From positions 43,328-107,327 of the forward strand of contig CAZYCQ010000003.1 of NCBI GenBank assembly GCA_964645535.1: a DNA stretch of 64,000 nt. Direction: 5' to 3'. The stretch comes from an uncultured archaeon (lineage in GTDB: Archaea; Asgardarchaeota; Heimdallarchaeia; Heimdallarchaeales; Kariarchaeaceae). The position numbers and the translations under genes were made by a program. Shown here one piece after another: positions 29,413 to 38,897 of the stretch. Under the pieces are notes generated by a model. It did no database searches. It saw only the letters and a program-made list of their open reading frames with translations, and was not told where the DNA came from. Every line of letters starts with the position of its first letter. Within the stretch, counting starts at the first letter, position 1.

Positions 29413-29994
29413 ATGGCAAATGGAAATCAGACCCCGTCATATATTATCAAGGTGATTATGCTTGGTTATACTCGTGCCGGTAAGACCGCATTATTGAAAA
29501 AATATATGGACGGGACTTTTCCATCTAAATATACACCTACCCAACCAATGAATCTTGAAAGTAAAAGAATGGAGATAGATGGTCGGTTGACCCAAGTTTC
29601 CATATGGGATATTGGATCCCAAATGGGCTATGACACACTATTGCCCATGTATTATCGTGGAGCTTTAGGGGCAATCATTGTTTTTGATTTGACTCATAAG
29701 AAATCCTTTGAAGTTGTTCCTACTTTGTTAAATGAAATTAAGAAGCATAATCCTGCAATTCCATTAGCCATTGTGGGGAATAAGGTCGATTTGAGGGATG
29801 AAAGACAAATAACACCTGAAGAAATTTCGGAGCTTATGGATAAACTTCGACAAGATTGGCCGAAAAAAATATCATATTTTGAAGTTTCTGCAAAAGGAGA
29901 ACAAATGAAAATTCGACCCATATTTGAGAATCTAGTACGGGAAATCATTAGAGGAGTTGCAACAGACGAAGACGAAGAAGAAGTTTTCATATAA
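29413..29994 (+). CDS. Ras/Rab-like small GTPase
   Basis: 193 aa. G1 GYTRAGKT (29464-29487), G3 region WDIGSQ (29605-29622), G4 GNKVD, G5 VSAKG. YYRGALGAIIVFDLT is Rab-like. Acidic C-terminus with no CAAX or Cys. Confidence 0.85.
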   Translation: MANGNQTPSYIIKVIMLGYTRAGKTALLKKYMDGTFPSKYTPTQPMNLESKRMEIDGRLTQVSIWDIGSQMGYDTLLPMYYRGALGAIIVFDLTHKKSFEVVPTLLNEIKKHNPAIPLAIVGNKVDLRDERQITPEEISELMDKLRQDWPKKISYFEVSAKGEQMKIRPIFENLVREIIRGVATDEDEEEVFI

Positions 29995-30664
29995 TCTCCA
30001 AGTGTTGGAAAGTTGTAACAACGCAGTCAATACCAATATCCTTGAAGGCACTGATATCTGTTTTTCCTGTTAGAACACCAATGAAACGGATACCCGCACC
30101 AGTACATGAAAGAGCATCATGAATGCTATCTCCAATACCTATCACTTCAGTTTCCTTTAAGCCAGTAATTGCAAGACCTTTCTTGAATGGTTCAGGATCA
30201 GGTTTTCCTTTTGTGATATCTTCACCACTGACAATATAGTCTACCTTCTTTAAAAGACCTGCATTTCTTAATAGAGTCTTTACTAATTCTCGGTAAGTAC
30301 TGCTTATTACCACACGAGTTACTCCTTTCTGCTCCAAAAGATCAAGCAGATTTTCCACACCTGGAAAAGGTCGGACGTCTTTAATCAGTGTTTCCAAGTA
30401 CCCCTCTTTTTCAGTGGCAGCTTTCCAGGCATCTTCAGGAGAAATGTCAGACATGAAAGTCTTGATTATATCGTGGGGGGTTCGACCCATCATGCCTTCC
30501 AATTCCGACTTGGTCACATTCTTACCTAACTTTCGTAAAATCCATTGAAAAGCTTCGATGTGAAGATCCAAGGTATTGATTAGAGTGCCATCAAGATCAA
30601 AGAGAATGGCTTTGACATTTTCAATAGTACAAACCCCTTCTTCCCCCTTAACTTTAAGAAGCAT
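29987..30664 (-). CDS. HAD-IA family hydrolase (phosphatase/beta-phosphoglucomutase-like)
   Basis: ILFDLDGTLINT (motif I), SSTYRE, GKPDPEPF, GIGDSIHD. Confidence 0.8.
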   Translation of the reverse strand: MLLKVKGEEGVCTIENVKAILFDLDGTLINTLDLHIEAFQWILRKLGKNVTKSELEGMMGRTPHDIIKTFMSDISPEDAWKAATEKEGYLETLIKDVRPFPGVENLLDLLEQKGVTRVVISSTYRELVKTLLRNAGLLKKVDYIVSGEDITKGKPDPEPFKKGLAITGLKETEVIGIGDSIHDALSCTGAGIRFIGVLTGKTDISAFKDIGIDCVVTTFQHLEII

Positions 30665-30712
30665 TTGTCGTAATTTTTTCTCATACCTAAATTAATGCTT
30701 TCAAATCACCCA

Positions 30713-31534
30713 TTATGCCTTTGAAGGATCAACTTCATGTGGGAAGAAAAGAAGACGCCCCTCCATTCCTCCTGTAACTGCAATGTTTTGTCCAGAAATA
30801 TGACCGCTTACCCTAGATGAAAGCAAGGAGACAACAGGATATGCAATATCCTTTGGAGTCGCTATCTTCCTGAGTGCAGTTGTTTGCAATACCTTTGTAA
30901 CAGATGTCTCATCTTTAAGACCATCTTCTGCCATTGGAGTTTTTACCCATCCAGGACTTACCAAGTTAATTCGACCATGTTCGGAGATACGGACTATTTC
31001 ATTCTTTATACTAAGCATAAATCCCCAGAGGGCTGCTTTAGAAGAGGAATAATCTATATGACCAGCTTCTCCGAATATCCCCGCAGTGGATCCAATCAGG
31101 ACAATTGCAGGATCATGCACAGGAGATCGTTTCAGGAGTCTTAGAAATTCTCTTGTACAAAGGAAAATAGAGGTCAAGTTTGTCCGCAAGGTATTTTCCC
31201 ATTGAGCAAGTTTCATGTCCGTGATGGGCGTATCATTCGGAGGCCAAATGCCTGCATTATTGACCAGACCATCCATGCCGTCCAGAGTTTCTTCAATAGT
31301 CCTGAACATGCCAATGATGTCATCTTCATTTTTCAAATCTGCCTGAACCAGTAATGGTTCTTTGTCTGCAATTGTGGTAGCAAAGTTAACCAGTTCTTTG
31401 GCACCATTGATATTTGAATTGTAGTGTGCAATAACAATGGCACCTTCCTCAATAAGCAGTTTGGAAATAGCACGACCTATCCCACCCGAGGCGCCAGTAA
31501 CAAGAATGCGTTTTCCTTTAAGGCCTAGATCCAT
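30713..31534 (-). CDS. Short-chain dehydrogenase/reductase (SDR)
   Basis: VTGASGGIGRAI Rossmann motif, NNAG, and the YSSSK catalytic YxxxK. Confidence 0.85.
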   Translation of the reverse strand: MDLGLKGKRILVTGASGGIGRAISKLLIEEGAIVIAHYNSNINGAKELVNFATTIADKEPLLVQADLKNEDDIIGMFRTIEETLDGMDGLVNNAGIWPPNDTPITDMKLAQWENTLRTNLTSIFLCTREFLRLLKRSPVHDPAIVLIGSTAGIFGEAGHIDYSSSKAALWGFMLSIKNEIVRISEHGRINLVSPGWVKTPMAEDGLKDETSVTKVLQTTALRKIATPKDIAYPVVSLLSSRVSGHISGQNIAVTGGMEGRLLFFPHEVDPSKA

Positions 31535-31568
31535 AATCTTGGAAAAAGAGGCCAGAATTTAAACTCTC

Positions 31569-32279
31569 TCAGCTCAAGAGAAATTCATGCAATTCTTTCA
31601 ACGAACCTCTGAAATCCGGTTCGGTCGCCTTCGGATGATCGTGATTTGTAACATGCGTATCGGTCAACCAACTCCGTATCCCCAATCTTTTCGAGGCTGT
31701 ATCGAAAAGCAGATCGTTTCCCACCATCAACGTCCTTTCGGGCTCGCTTCTACTGATTTCAAGAAGGGATTGGAAGTATTGTGGATAAGGTTTACAGAAA
31801 AATGAGTTTTCAGCATGCGTATAATGAATAAAGTCATTCTTGTCAAGACCTGCCCACATTATTCGTTTCTCAGTTGCCACCTTGTAGAATACTGGTTGTG
31901 TTGCCAAGACAAGTTTATAGCCAGCTTCCTTCAGATCCTCAATGAGCTTGGAACCATAGGGCACTGGAAAGGAAACTGCCTTCAATTTGTCAAAAGTAGT
32001 ATTATAAAATCTGATAAACCGAGATTTGGCCTCGTCATGAGTCAATCCAGTGATAGGGGCGAAATACTCAAAAAATGCATCAACAACAGGTCGGGGTTTT
32101 GTATTATTCAGCATTGCCTCAGTTCCTTTCCATAGATGTTTGACAAATTCGTCAAAAGAAACCACATCCAAAAAAAATTTTGCCGCTTCTTGAATATAGA
32201 TTTTTTCAAAATCAGCATCTGAAAGGTCAAGCAGAGTTCCATCTAAATCAAAAAAAATGGTATCGAAATCTTTCACCAT
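31569..32279 (-). CDS. HAD-like hydrolase
   Basis: IFFDLDGTLLD motif I and a late MVGNDLLFD motif. Confidence 0.7.
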   Translation of the reverse strand: MVKDFDTIFFDLDGTLLDLSDADFEKIYIQEAAKFFLDVVSFDEFVKHLWKGTEAMLNNTKPRPVVDAFFEYFAPITGLTHDEAKSRFIRFYNTTFDKLKAVSFPVPYGSKLIEDLKEAGYKLVLATQPVFYKVATEKRIMWAGLDKNDFIHYTHAENSFFCKPYPQYFQSLLEISRSEPERTLMVGNDLLFDTASKRLGIRSWLTDTHVTNHDHPKATEPDFRGSLKELHEFLLS

Positions 32280-32320
32280 TTAACTTGAAAAAACAGTAGT
32301 ATAAAACTATTTCAGATTGA

Positions 32321-34174
32321 CTAACCAGTAAATGTCCTGTGTTTAAAGGATCTGAAATTGCTCCATTGGTAGAGTCCAATGGCGGAACCAAACAGGAGGA
32401 TTGTCAAGAATAATTGCAATCCAACCATTATGGAGCCATTTATTCCATGAATCCTTTCCTCAAAAAATTCGGTTAAGCTTACATTGAAAAGAAATGCAAA
32501 TGTGGCAGGAACAGCACTGACAATGCTACCAGAAATCGCAGCAATTTTGGCAAGACGATGATCAATGACTTTCGTTCTGAGACGGATGTCATCAATGGTT
32601 TTATTGTCTTGAAGAAACTCGATATGTGCATCCATCCATCCTTTGGAGAGTGGAGTGACAAAGAATCGTAAAGTAGATTCTTTATCTTCTGGAGAAATCA
32701 CTCTTTCTGAAGGAACGATGATGGAACCTGGAAATTGAGGGCGGACAACAATGGGTTTTTCCTGTTCAATTTCAATGGTTTCCGTAACCTCTGAAATTCT
32801 TTCTCCAGAAACTAAAGAAGTGATGCTTTTCTTTTTCTCAAATCTTTGTTCGGATATCTTAATGATCAAAGGATAGGTTCGCTGCAAAATCATGCGGTCA
32901 TACCAATCAATCTTGAGACTTTTCTCACTTAAAGGACGATAGTCCCTCTTTCCTATATCCTCTGGGAAGAGGACGGAAGCTTCCATTAATTCTTCTTCTT
33001 CAGCCATTTCCTCTTCCTTCTCCAAATCCTCAATGAAACTCCCCAATTCATCATCATCCATTTCTTTTATTTCGGATTCAAGACTCCCGGATTGTTTAGA
33101 AGATCTTTTCTTTGCCATTGCCCTTGGACTTTTAGCAGGTGAACTCGATTGAGAATCCATTTTACCTGTTGATTGAGCCGAAGGAGCCGGAGCCGGTTTT
33201 GGGAGCGGAGAAGAGGGCATAACTTTTGGAGGAGGAGGGGCTTTCGTAGGTGAAGAAGTCACTTCTGTTTTTGGAGGAGACGGTGGCACGCCAGCGGTAG
33301 CCGACGGGGGAGGTGGAACTGCTTGGCGCGGAGGAGATGTGGTCACTTGTTCTAAATGATCCTTGCTTTTGGGAGATGGAACCTCTTCCATTCTAGGCGC
33401 AGGAGCAGGTGGAGAAGGGACACTTCCTTTAGGAGACGGAATGGATCCAACTTCTTTACTTTCTTTAGCGTCAATTGTCGGAGATTTTTCTTTTGGTTTT
33501 GCAGTAACAACCTTGGCTTTGGAAAACAACGGTTTGTCCACTTTGATCTCTTTTTCGGAAGAGACCTCAATGTCTGATTGGATAAAGGATTCAAGACCGG
33601 GAACAATGTATTCGTTGATATCCTTATCAAGAATGGTTAATGATATCATTTTCAATCCCATTAAGCTAAATTTGAGATCAACACCAGAAAATTTGTTAAC
33701 AGGGATTGATTCTCCAGGAGAGGTTTCATCGAGTATGTTAGTTTCAGAGATAGGTTTGGAAAGGATAACCCCAATTTTGGTTAATATATTACCCAATATC
33801 CGTTGTGGAGGGATATTGAGAAATGCAGTGCCTATTGCCGAGGAAAGAGAAGCATCAAAATTGATTTTGAGGGTATAGGTTTTTCCATCAATTGTTTCCT
33901 TCAACAGAATCGAAAGTGAATGGGGAAGAATAAGGAAACCATCTTCAGGATGGGTAGGAATGAAGGAGAGTTTTTCTAAATCAGAAACGTCCTTCCAAGG
34001 TACATCAAGATCATCTTTATTGAACATCAAGGTAGTTGAGTCATTAGGGATTTCAAGCCAATATTCCTTACCTTGCTCCTCAGCAGTCCAAATACGGGGA
34101 GATCCATCTATCGTGTAAACGTTGAGAGGAAATATTTGTTCTCCTTTTTCGGCGTTGTTAGTGATAGCCTTCAT
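32321..34174 (-). CDS. Membrane-anchored protein with a long proline-rich disordered linker, unknown function
   Basis: 617-aa ORF. Globular N-terminal ~220 aa. A Pro/Ser/Lys-rich tract of ~120 aa (nt ~33140-33460: ...PSPPAPAPRMEEVPSP...PPPPSATAGVPPSPPKTEVTSSPTKAPPPPKVMPSSPLPKPAPAPS). An acidic EEEMAEEEE segment, a second globular domain and two C-terminal TM helices. Confidence 0.65.
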   Translation of the reverse strand: MKAITNNAEKGEQIFPLNVYTIDGSPRIWTAEEQGKEYWLEIPNDSTTLMFNKDDLDVPWKDVSDLEKLSFIPTHPEDGFLILPHSLSILLKETIDGKTYTLKINFDASLSSAIGTAFLNIPPQRILGNILTKIGVILSKPISETNILDETSPGESIPVNKFSGVDLKFSLMGLKMISLTILDKDINEYIVPGLESFIQSDIEVSSEKEIKVDKPLFSKAKVVTAKPKEKSPTIDAKESKEVGSIPSPKGSVPSPPAPAPRMEEVPSPKSKDHLEQVTTSPPRQAVPPPPSATAGVPPSPPKTEVTSSPTKAPPPPKVMPSSPLPKPAPAPSAQSTGKMDSQSSSPAKSPRAMAKKRSSKQSGSLESEIKEMDDDELGSFIEDLEKEEEMAEEEELMEASVLFPEDIGKRDYRPLSEKSLKIDWYDRMILQRTYPLIIKISEQRFEKKKSITSLVSGERISEVTETIEIEQEKPIVVRPQFPGSIIVPSERVISPEDKESTLRFFVTPLSKGWMDAHIEFLQDNKTIDDIRLRTKVIDHRLAKIAAISGSIVSAVPATFAFLFNVSLTEFFEERIHGINGSIMVGLQLFLTILLFGSAIGLYQWSNFRSFKHRTFTG

Positions 34175-34374
34175 AGTTACTTATTACTCGTTATTGAATT
34201 TCGTATTAAAAACTGGTTCATCAATAGTAACTCTGTGTAAAAAATTGGAAAAAAAAGTTGCAGTTGAAATTTGATGCATACATTAAAGAATCTGCGCAAT
34301 AATCCACATCATTCAGACTAAAGATGGAAAATTGGAGAAAATTTGTACAGGTTTTACATTTCAGTTCTGAAAAG

Positions 34375-34382
34375 TTTATACA
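34375..34382 (+). promoter_or_regulatory. TATA-like box (TTTATACA) with a purine-rich BRE-like GAAAAG, upstream of fumC
   Basis: Centred ~26 nt upstream of the ATG at 34404, implying a leaderless or near-leaderless archaeal transcript. Confidence 0.4.
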
Positions 34383-34403
34383 TAAACGGGTCGATCACTA
34401 CCT

Positions 34404-35816
34404 ATGGAATACAGAATCGAAAAAGATTCCATGGGAGAAGTTAAGGTTCCAGCAGATAAGCTTTGGGGAGCACAAACTCAAAGATCTCTAATGAACTTTG
34501 ACATCTCATCAAGAAAATTTCCAAAACCATTCATCAAAGCGTTGATTGAGGTCAAACGGGCAGTTGCAATTGCAAACAAGGAATTGGGACAGGTCGATGC
34601 AAAAATAGCAGATGCAATTGTTCAGGCAGCAGAAGAAATTCTTGAACAAGGAATGCATCTCGATCAATTCCCACTGGACATTTACCAAACAGGAAGTGGC
34701 ACACAGACAAACATGAATGCAAATGAGGTGCTTGCAAACCGTGCAATACAAATTTTGGGAGGTGTCGTGGGTTCAAAAGATCCTGTACATCCTAATGACC
34801 ATGTCAACAAAGGCCAGAGCAGCAATGATGTAATCCCAACAGCAATGCATATTTCAACATTGGTTGAAATCGAGAAAAGATTGCTTCCAGAGTTGGATAA
34901 CCTCTCAGCAGCTCTTGAACAGAAGGCCAAAGAGTTCATGGGCATTATCAAAATTGGAAGAACACACCTTCAAGATGCAGTTCCATTGTCATTAGGACAG
35001 GAATTCAGTGGATACGTGCATCAATTGAAGATTGCCAAGCAAGCAATCAACGCCGCAAAAGAATTGATTCGTCCTCTTGCTCTGGGAGGTACCGCAGTGG
35101 GAACAGGTCTCAATGCACATCCAGATATGTCAAAGAGAGCGATAGAAATAATTTCAGAGAGAACAGGCGTTCAATTTTCTGATGATGCCAATAAATTTGC
35201 GCTTTTGGCAGGAAAGGATGGACTCGTTGCAGTCAGTGGAGCTCTGAAAACCCTCGCGGTAGCCTTAATCAAAATAGCAAATGATATCAGACTGCTTGCG
35301 TCTGGACCAAGATGTGGCATTGGAGAACTTCATCTTCCTGAAAATGAGCCCGGATCGTCAATCATGCCTGGAAAGGTCAATCCAACTCAAGCAGAAATGA
35401 TAGTTCAGGTAGGGGCTCAAGTCATTGGCAACGATGCTGCAATTACCGCAGGAGGGACATGGGGGTTCTATGAATTGAACTTAATGAAACCCATGATCAT
35501 ATCAAATGTTCTCGAAAGTATTGACATATTAACGCGGGGAATGGCGTCCTTCAGGAAAAATGCTGTTGAAGGTATCACCGCAAATGTTGAGAGAATCTCG
35601 TCTTTGGTAGACAAATCCCTTATGCTTGCAACCGCTTTAACACCAGTCATAGGATATGATAAGGCGGCGGAGCTCGCCAAGAAAGCCTACAAAGAAGGAA
35701 AGACAATCCGGGAAGTCGTAAGGGAAGAACAGCTCATGTCAGAAGATGAACTTGAGAAAGCACTTGATCTTACACACATGGTCTTTATCCGTCATGATGC
35801 GAAAAGAACCGATTAG
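34404..35816 (+). CDS. fumC: Class II fumarate hydratase
   Basis: 470 aa. GSSIMPGKVNPTQAE signature, TGSGTQTNMNANEV and SSNDVIPTAMH blocks. Confidence 0.95.
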   Translation: MEYRIEKDSMGEVKVPADKLWGAQTQRSLMNFDISSRKFPKPFIKALIEVKRAVAIANKELGQVDAKIADAIVQAAEEILEQGMHLDQFPLDIYQTGSGTQTNMNANEVLANRAIQILGGVVGSKDPVHPNDHVNKGQSSNDVIPTAMHISTLVEIEKRLLPELDNLSAALEQKAKEFMGIIKIGRTHLQDAVPLSLGQEFSGYVHQLKIAKQAINAAKELIRPLALGGTAVGTGLNAHPDMSKRAIEIISERTGVQFSDDANKFALLAGKDGLVAVSGALKTLAVALIKIANDIRLLASGPRCGIGELHLPENEPGSSIMPGKVNPTQAEMIVQVGAQVIGNDAAITAGGTWGFYELNLMKPMIISNVLESIDILTRGMASFRKNAVEGITANVERISSLVDKSLMLATALTPVIGYDKAAELAKKAYKEGKTIREVVREEQLMSEDELEKALDLTHMVFIRHDAKRTD

Positions 35817-36973
35817 GCGGTAAGAGGACCATCTATCAGATAGGATTTGTCAGATCTCCATTTTTTCTGGTCGAAATCAAAATTCAGATTGTAAAATGGA
35901 TAAACCCAAGAATACTTTTCAGTGAGATAAAGGAAAGAGAATTTGATGTCCTTGAATTTTTCCCAGAGGAAGTATCCATATTCTCCAGCAATTGAAGGAG
36001 GTAACCAAGCCACATGGATGAATTTTGACTTTTCAGATCGCATGAATGAACGGAATGGAAGGAGATTAGTTTCCAAAAAAGAATGGAACCGATTGATTTC
36101 CTTTGCCCCACCTGCATCGCCCATTATCAATAATGGAACTGTTATGTCGAAAATCCGCCGATCATATTGAAGAACAGGCTTACCCATCACGTTTTCTTCA
36201 ATCTTGTTCATCCGACGAGAAATAGTTGATGCATCTCTTTTATAGAATGAAGCGATGTCTACAGGACGAACTTTTCCATTGACAGTCAATTCACGGATTA
36301 GGAAAAAATCCAAGGAATCCAACTTATGGAGAAATGGATCCATCTCCCTGACTTCATAATAAGAATTGCTAGGCAGTCCGCCCCAGAATTCCTCTATAGA
36401 ATCGGGTCCAAATACTGCAAAATCCCATTCATTGGGAGAAGACCAATAGGAAAGATCCAATCTAGACTGACTCATCCGTTCGTCTTCAACCTTTATGAAA
36501 CTTTTCAGCTCAAGTTCTTTCTGGATGGCACGATAGAATTCATCCATTTGGGCTCTTGCGTCAATCGGAACATCAAACTGGGCATAGGCATTCATCCCAT
36601 TATCCAAATAGATTGTCCGATAGTGAGTATAGGGATGAAGGTCACAGATTCTGAAAAAGCGTTCAATGGTGTCATTATTTGGGAAATCAAAAAAAACCAG
36701 ATCCTGTCTGATCAATCCCAAACTTTTGGGATTATATCTCCCTTCAACCTCAGTCAGTAGACGTTTTCCTCCTGGAAGTACAGGATCCCTAATCTCCTTA
36801 GTTTTTCGCAACACCCCCGAGGAATGGAGAAATGAAAGTATCTGCGATAACTGGTGATAGGTCATGGGATATCCTTGGTCATTGAGCAATTTTTTCAAAG
36901 AATTAACACTAATTTTCGGATACTGAATAAGGTTAAGCATGACCACCTTCTCAAGCAAACCTAAGTCTTTCAA
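35813..36973 (-). CDS. Hypothetical protein with two putative winged-helix modules
   Basis: 386-aa ORF. The N-terminal ISVNSLKKLLNDQGYPMTYHQLSQILSFLHSSGVLRK and the central LIRELTVNGKVRPVDIASFYKRDASTISRRMNKIEE both look HTH-like. No family recognised. Confidence 0.5.
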   Translation of the reverse strand: MKDLGLLEKVVMLNLIQYPKISVNSLKKLLNDQGYPMTYHQLSQILSFLHSSGVLRKTKEIRDPVLPGGKRLLTEVEGRYNPKSLGLIRQDLVFFDFPNNDTIERFFRICDLHPYTHYRTIYLDNGMNAYAQFDVPIDARAQMDEFYRAIQKELELKSFIKVEDERMSQSRLDLSYWSSPNEWDFAVFGPDSIEEFWGGLPSNSYYEVREMDPFLHKLDSLDFFLIRELTVNGKVRPVDIASFYKRDASTISRRMNKIEENVMGKPVLQYDRRIFDITVPLLIMGDAGGAKEINRFHSFLETNLLPFRSFMRSEKSKFIHVAWLPPSIAGEYGYFLWEKFKDIKFSFLYLTEKYSWVYPFYNLNFDFDQKKWRSDKSYLIDGPLTA

Positions 36974-37006
36974 TGATATTCCCCAACCAGAATGAAAATT
37001 AAATCT

Positions 37007-37477
37007 TTATGTTGAAATCTCAAGATCAGGATCAGAGCCACCTGATCCGCCAGGTGGATCAAAGATCAATGTGCTTGTTGCGGTAGATCGCCCCCCATTG
37101 TTCAATGTAGCATCAATATTGAGGGTATACCATCCAGATTCGGTTGCGTGATCGTAGAAGAAATTGTAAATCGTGAAGGATTGGTAGTTGGTGGAAATAA
37201 TGAAAAGATAACTGAAATTTAAACCGGAAGGTAATGTCAAAGTGACATAATATTCGAAAGTGTAGGCCACACCTCCATAAAGGTCAATGGAGACTTCAGC
37301 GTAAACATCATCCATATACCCATCTTCATCTAGATCTGTGTAATTTGCAAAGAGGATGGCTACAGAGATACTGGTTTCAGAGGTGTCTTGAACTTTCACT
37401 TGCGAAGAAGCTCGGGATAGATTCATCCCGATCAACAATAGGCTCAGCAAAAATATTGTTGAGATTCGAATTTTCAT
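37007..37477 (-). CDS. Small secreted protein, unknown function
   Basis: 156 aa. Signal peptide MKIRISTIFLLSLLLIGMNLSRASS, beta-rich body, C-terminal PPGGSGGSDPD. Confidence 0.5.
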   Translation of the reverse strand: MKIRISTIFLLSLLLIGMNLSRASSQVKVQDTSETSISVAILFANYTDLDEDGYMDDVYAEVSIDLYGGVAYTFEYYVTLTLPSGLNFSYLFIISTNYQSFTIYNFFYDHATESGWYTLNIDATLNNGGRSTATSTLIFDPPGGSGGSDPDLEIST

Positions 37478-37719
37478 TGATCATATATTTACATATTATT
37501 TATAAATATTTCTTGAAAAATAGCAATTACTGATATTCGTAAATACAGAGCTTGAAAATCACCCATGATAAGCACAAAGTGGCTTTTTCGAAAAATTTTC
37601 CTATCATTTTCCAAAACAATGTTGCATGTATTCTCGAAATATTTATATATTAAATAAAAATTAGTGAAATTAGCAATTCGAAAACCGACCACAAAAGTTC
37701 GTTCATCTGAAAACAAAGC

Positions 37720-38784
37720 GTGAACTGGACAGGTTTTCGAATGGAGTTGATCGGAATGCGAAAAATAAAGAGTAGCTTGATCATATCAATATTCCTAATC
37801 TCTGCTATTGGGATAGGTTTTGCTCCATTGATCTCGGAGGCAAAAGAAGGACCCTCAATTTATGCAGGGCCTCCTTGTAGCCTTTTTGGGACATGTGATA
37901 GTGGCACAACCTATCCATGGCAAGATTCAGATCCCGAAACCCCTTGGGGAATTGAGCGGGTCTTCAACGGAAATTATTATGGAGATCAATACACAACTAA
38001 AGTGCAAGTAGCAATTCTAGATACAGGTATTGACCTTGACCATCCAGATCTCCAACCGAACATCAAATGGGCAGTTGATGCCACAGGCGGAAACAGTGCA
38101 GATGACAAGAATGGCCATGGAACCCATGTTGCCGGCACAATTGGAGCAATCCGAGATAATAACGGCGTTGTGGGGATGTATGCCAATGTGGAAATTTACG
38201 CCATCAAGGTTCTTGGAAATGGAGGATCTGGTTCATGGGATGATTTGATCTATGGTCTTGATCTTGCCATGAAGGGTCCAGACGGAGTTGTAGGAACCGA
38301 AGATGATGCAGATGTAGTAAGCATGTCATTGGGTGCTTCAAGTGATCCTGGTACGGCAGTACACAACAAAATCATTGAATTGTACAATGCAGGGATTACA
38401 CTCGTAGCTGCTGCTGGAAATGATGGAGACGGCGATCCCACAACTACAGAGATGGGTTATCCAGCAGCATATCCAGAAGTCATTGCAGTTGCAGCAACCG
38501 ACAAGGATGATACACTTGCAAGTTTTTCAAATTCAGGTGATTACATTGACTTTGCTGCACCGGGAGTCTCGGTTTATTCCACCTATAAGGGAGGAGGCTA
38601 TGACACCCTTTCAGGAACATCAATGGCTACCCCACATGTCAGTGGCCTTGTAGCCCTCTATCTTGCAATGGGTGGAACAAGAGACCCAAGTGCAGTATAT
38701 GATTGGCTGAAAGCAAATGCATTGGATCTTGGTCCTGCTGGATTTGATACAGGTTATGGCTGGGGATTGATACAAGCACCATAA
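37720..38784 (+). CDS. Secreted subtilisin-like serine protease (S8)
   Basis: Catalytic triad blocks AILDTGIDLDHPDL, HGTHVAGTIGA and GTSMATPHVSG. Signal/TM segment MRKIKSSLIISIFLISAIGIGFAPL. The likely start is the ATG at 37756 (or 37741) rather than the GTG at 37720. Confidence 0.9.
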   Translation: MNWTGFRMELIGMRKIKSSLIISIFLISAIGIGFAPLISEAKEGPSIYAGPPCSLFGTCDSGTTYPWQDSDPETPWGIERVFNGNYYGDQYTTKVQVAILDTGIDLDHPDLQPNIKWAVDATGGNSADDKNGHGTHVAGTIGAIRDNNGVVGMYANVEIYAIKVLGNGGSGSWDDLIYGLDLAMKGPDGVVGTEDDADVVSMSLGASSDPGTAVHNKIIELYNAGITLVAAAGNDGDGDPTTTEMGYPAAYPEVIAVAATDKDDTLASFSNSGDYIDFAAPGVSVYSTYKGGGYDTLSGTSMATPHVSGLVALYLAMGGTRDPSAVYDWLKANALDLGPAGFDTGYGWGLIQAP

Positions 38785-38897
38785 ATAGGCCCTAAACAAA
38801 ATTTGTGTTTCCAGAAGCCGTTACTTAAATTCTTCGGCGGTCATGTTTCAATTCCGTAAATGAATAAACTTTAAATCAGAGTGAAACATGCTTTGTT

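Noticed and set aside
33363-33878. 171-aa plus-strand ORF opposite the proline-rich gene
   Set aside because: It is the reverse-complement shadow of a Pro/Ser-rich coding tract (Gly/Arg-rich translation). It has no start context or motifs.
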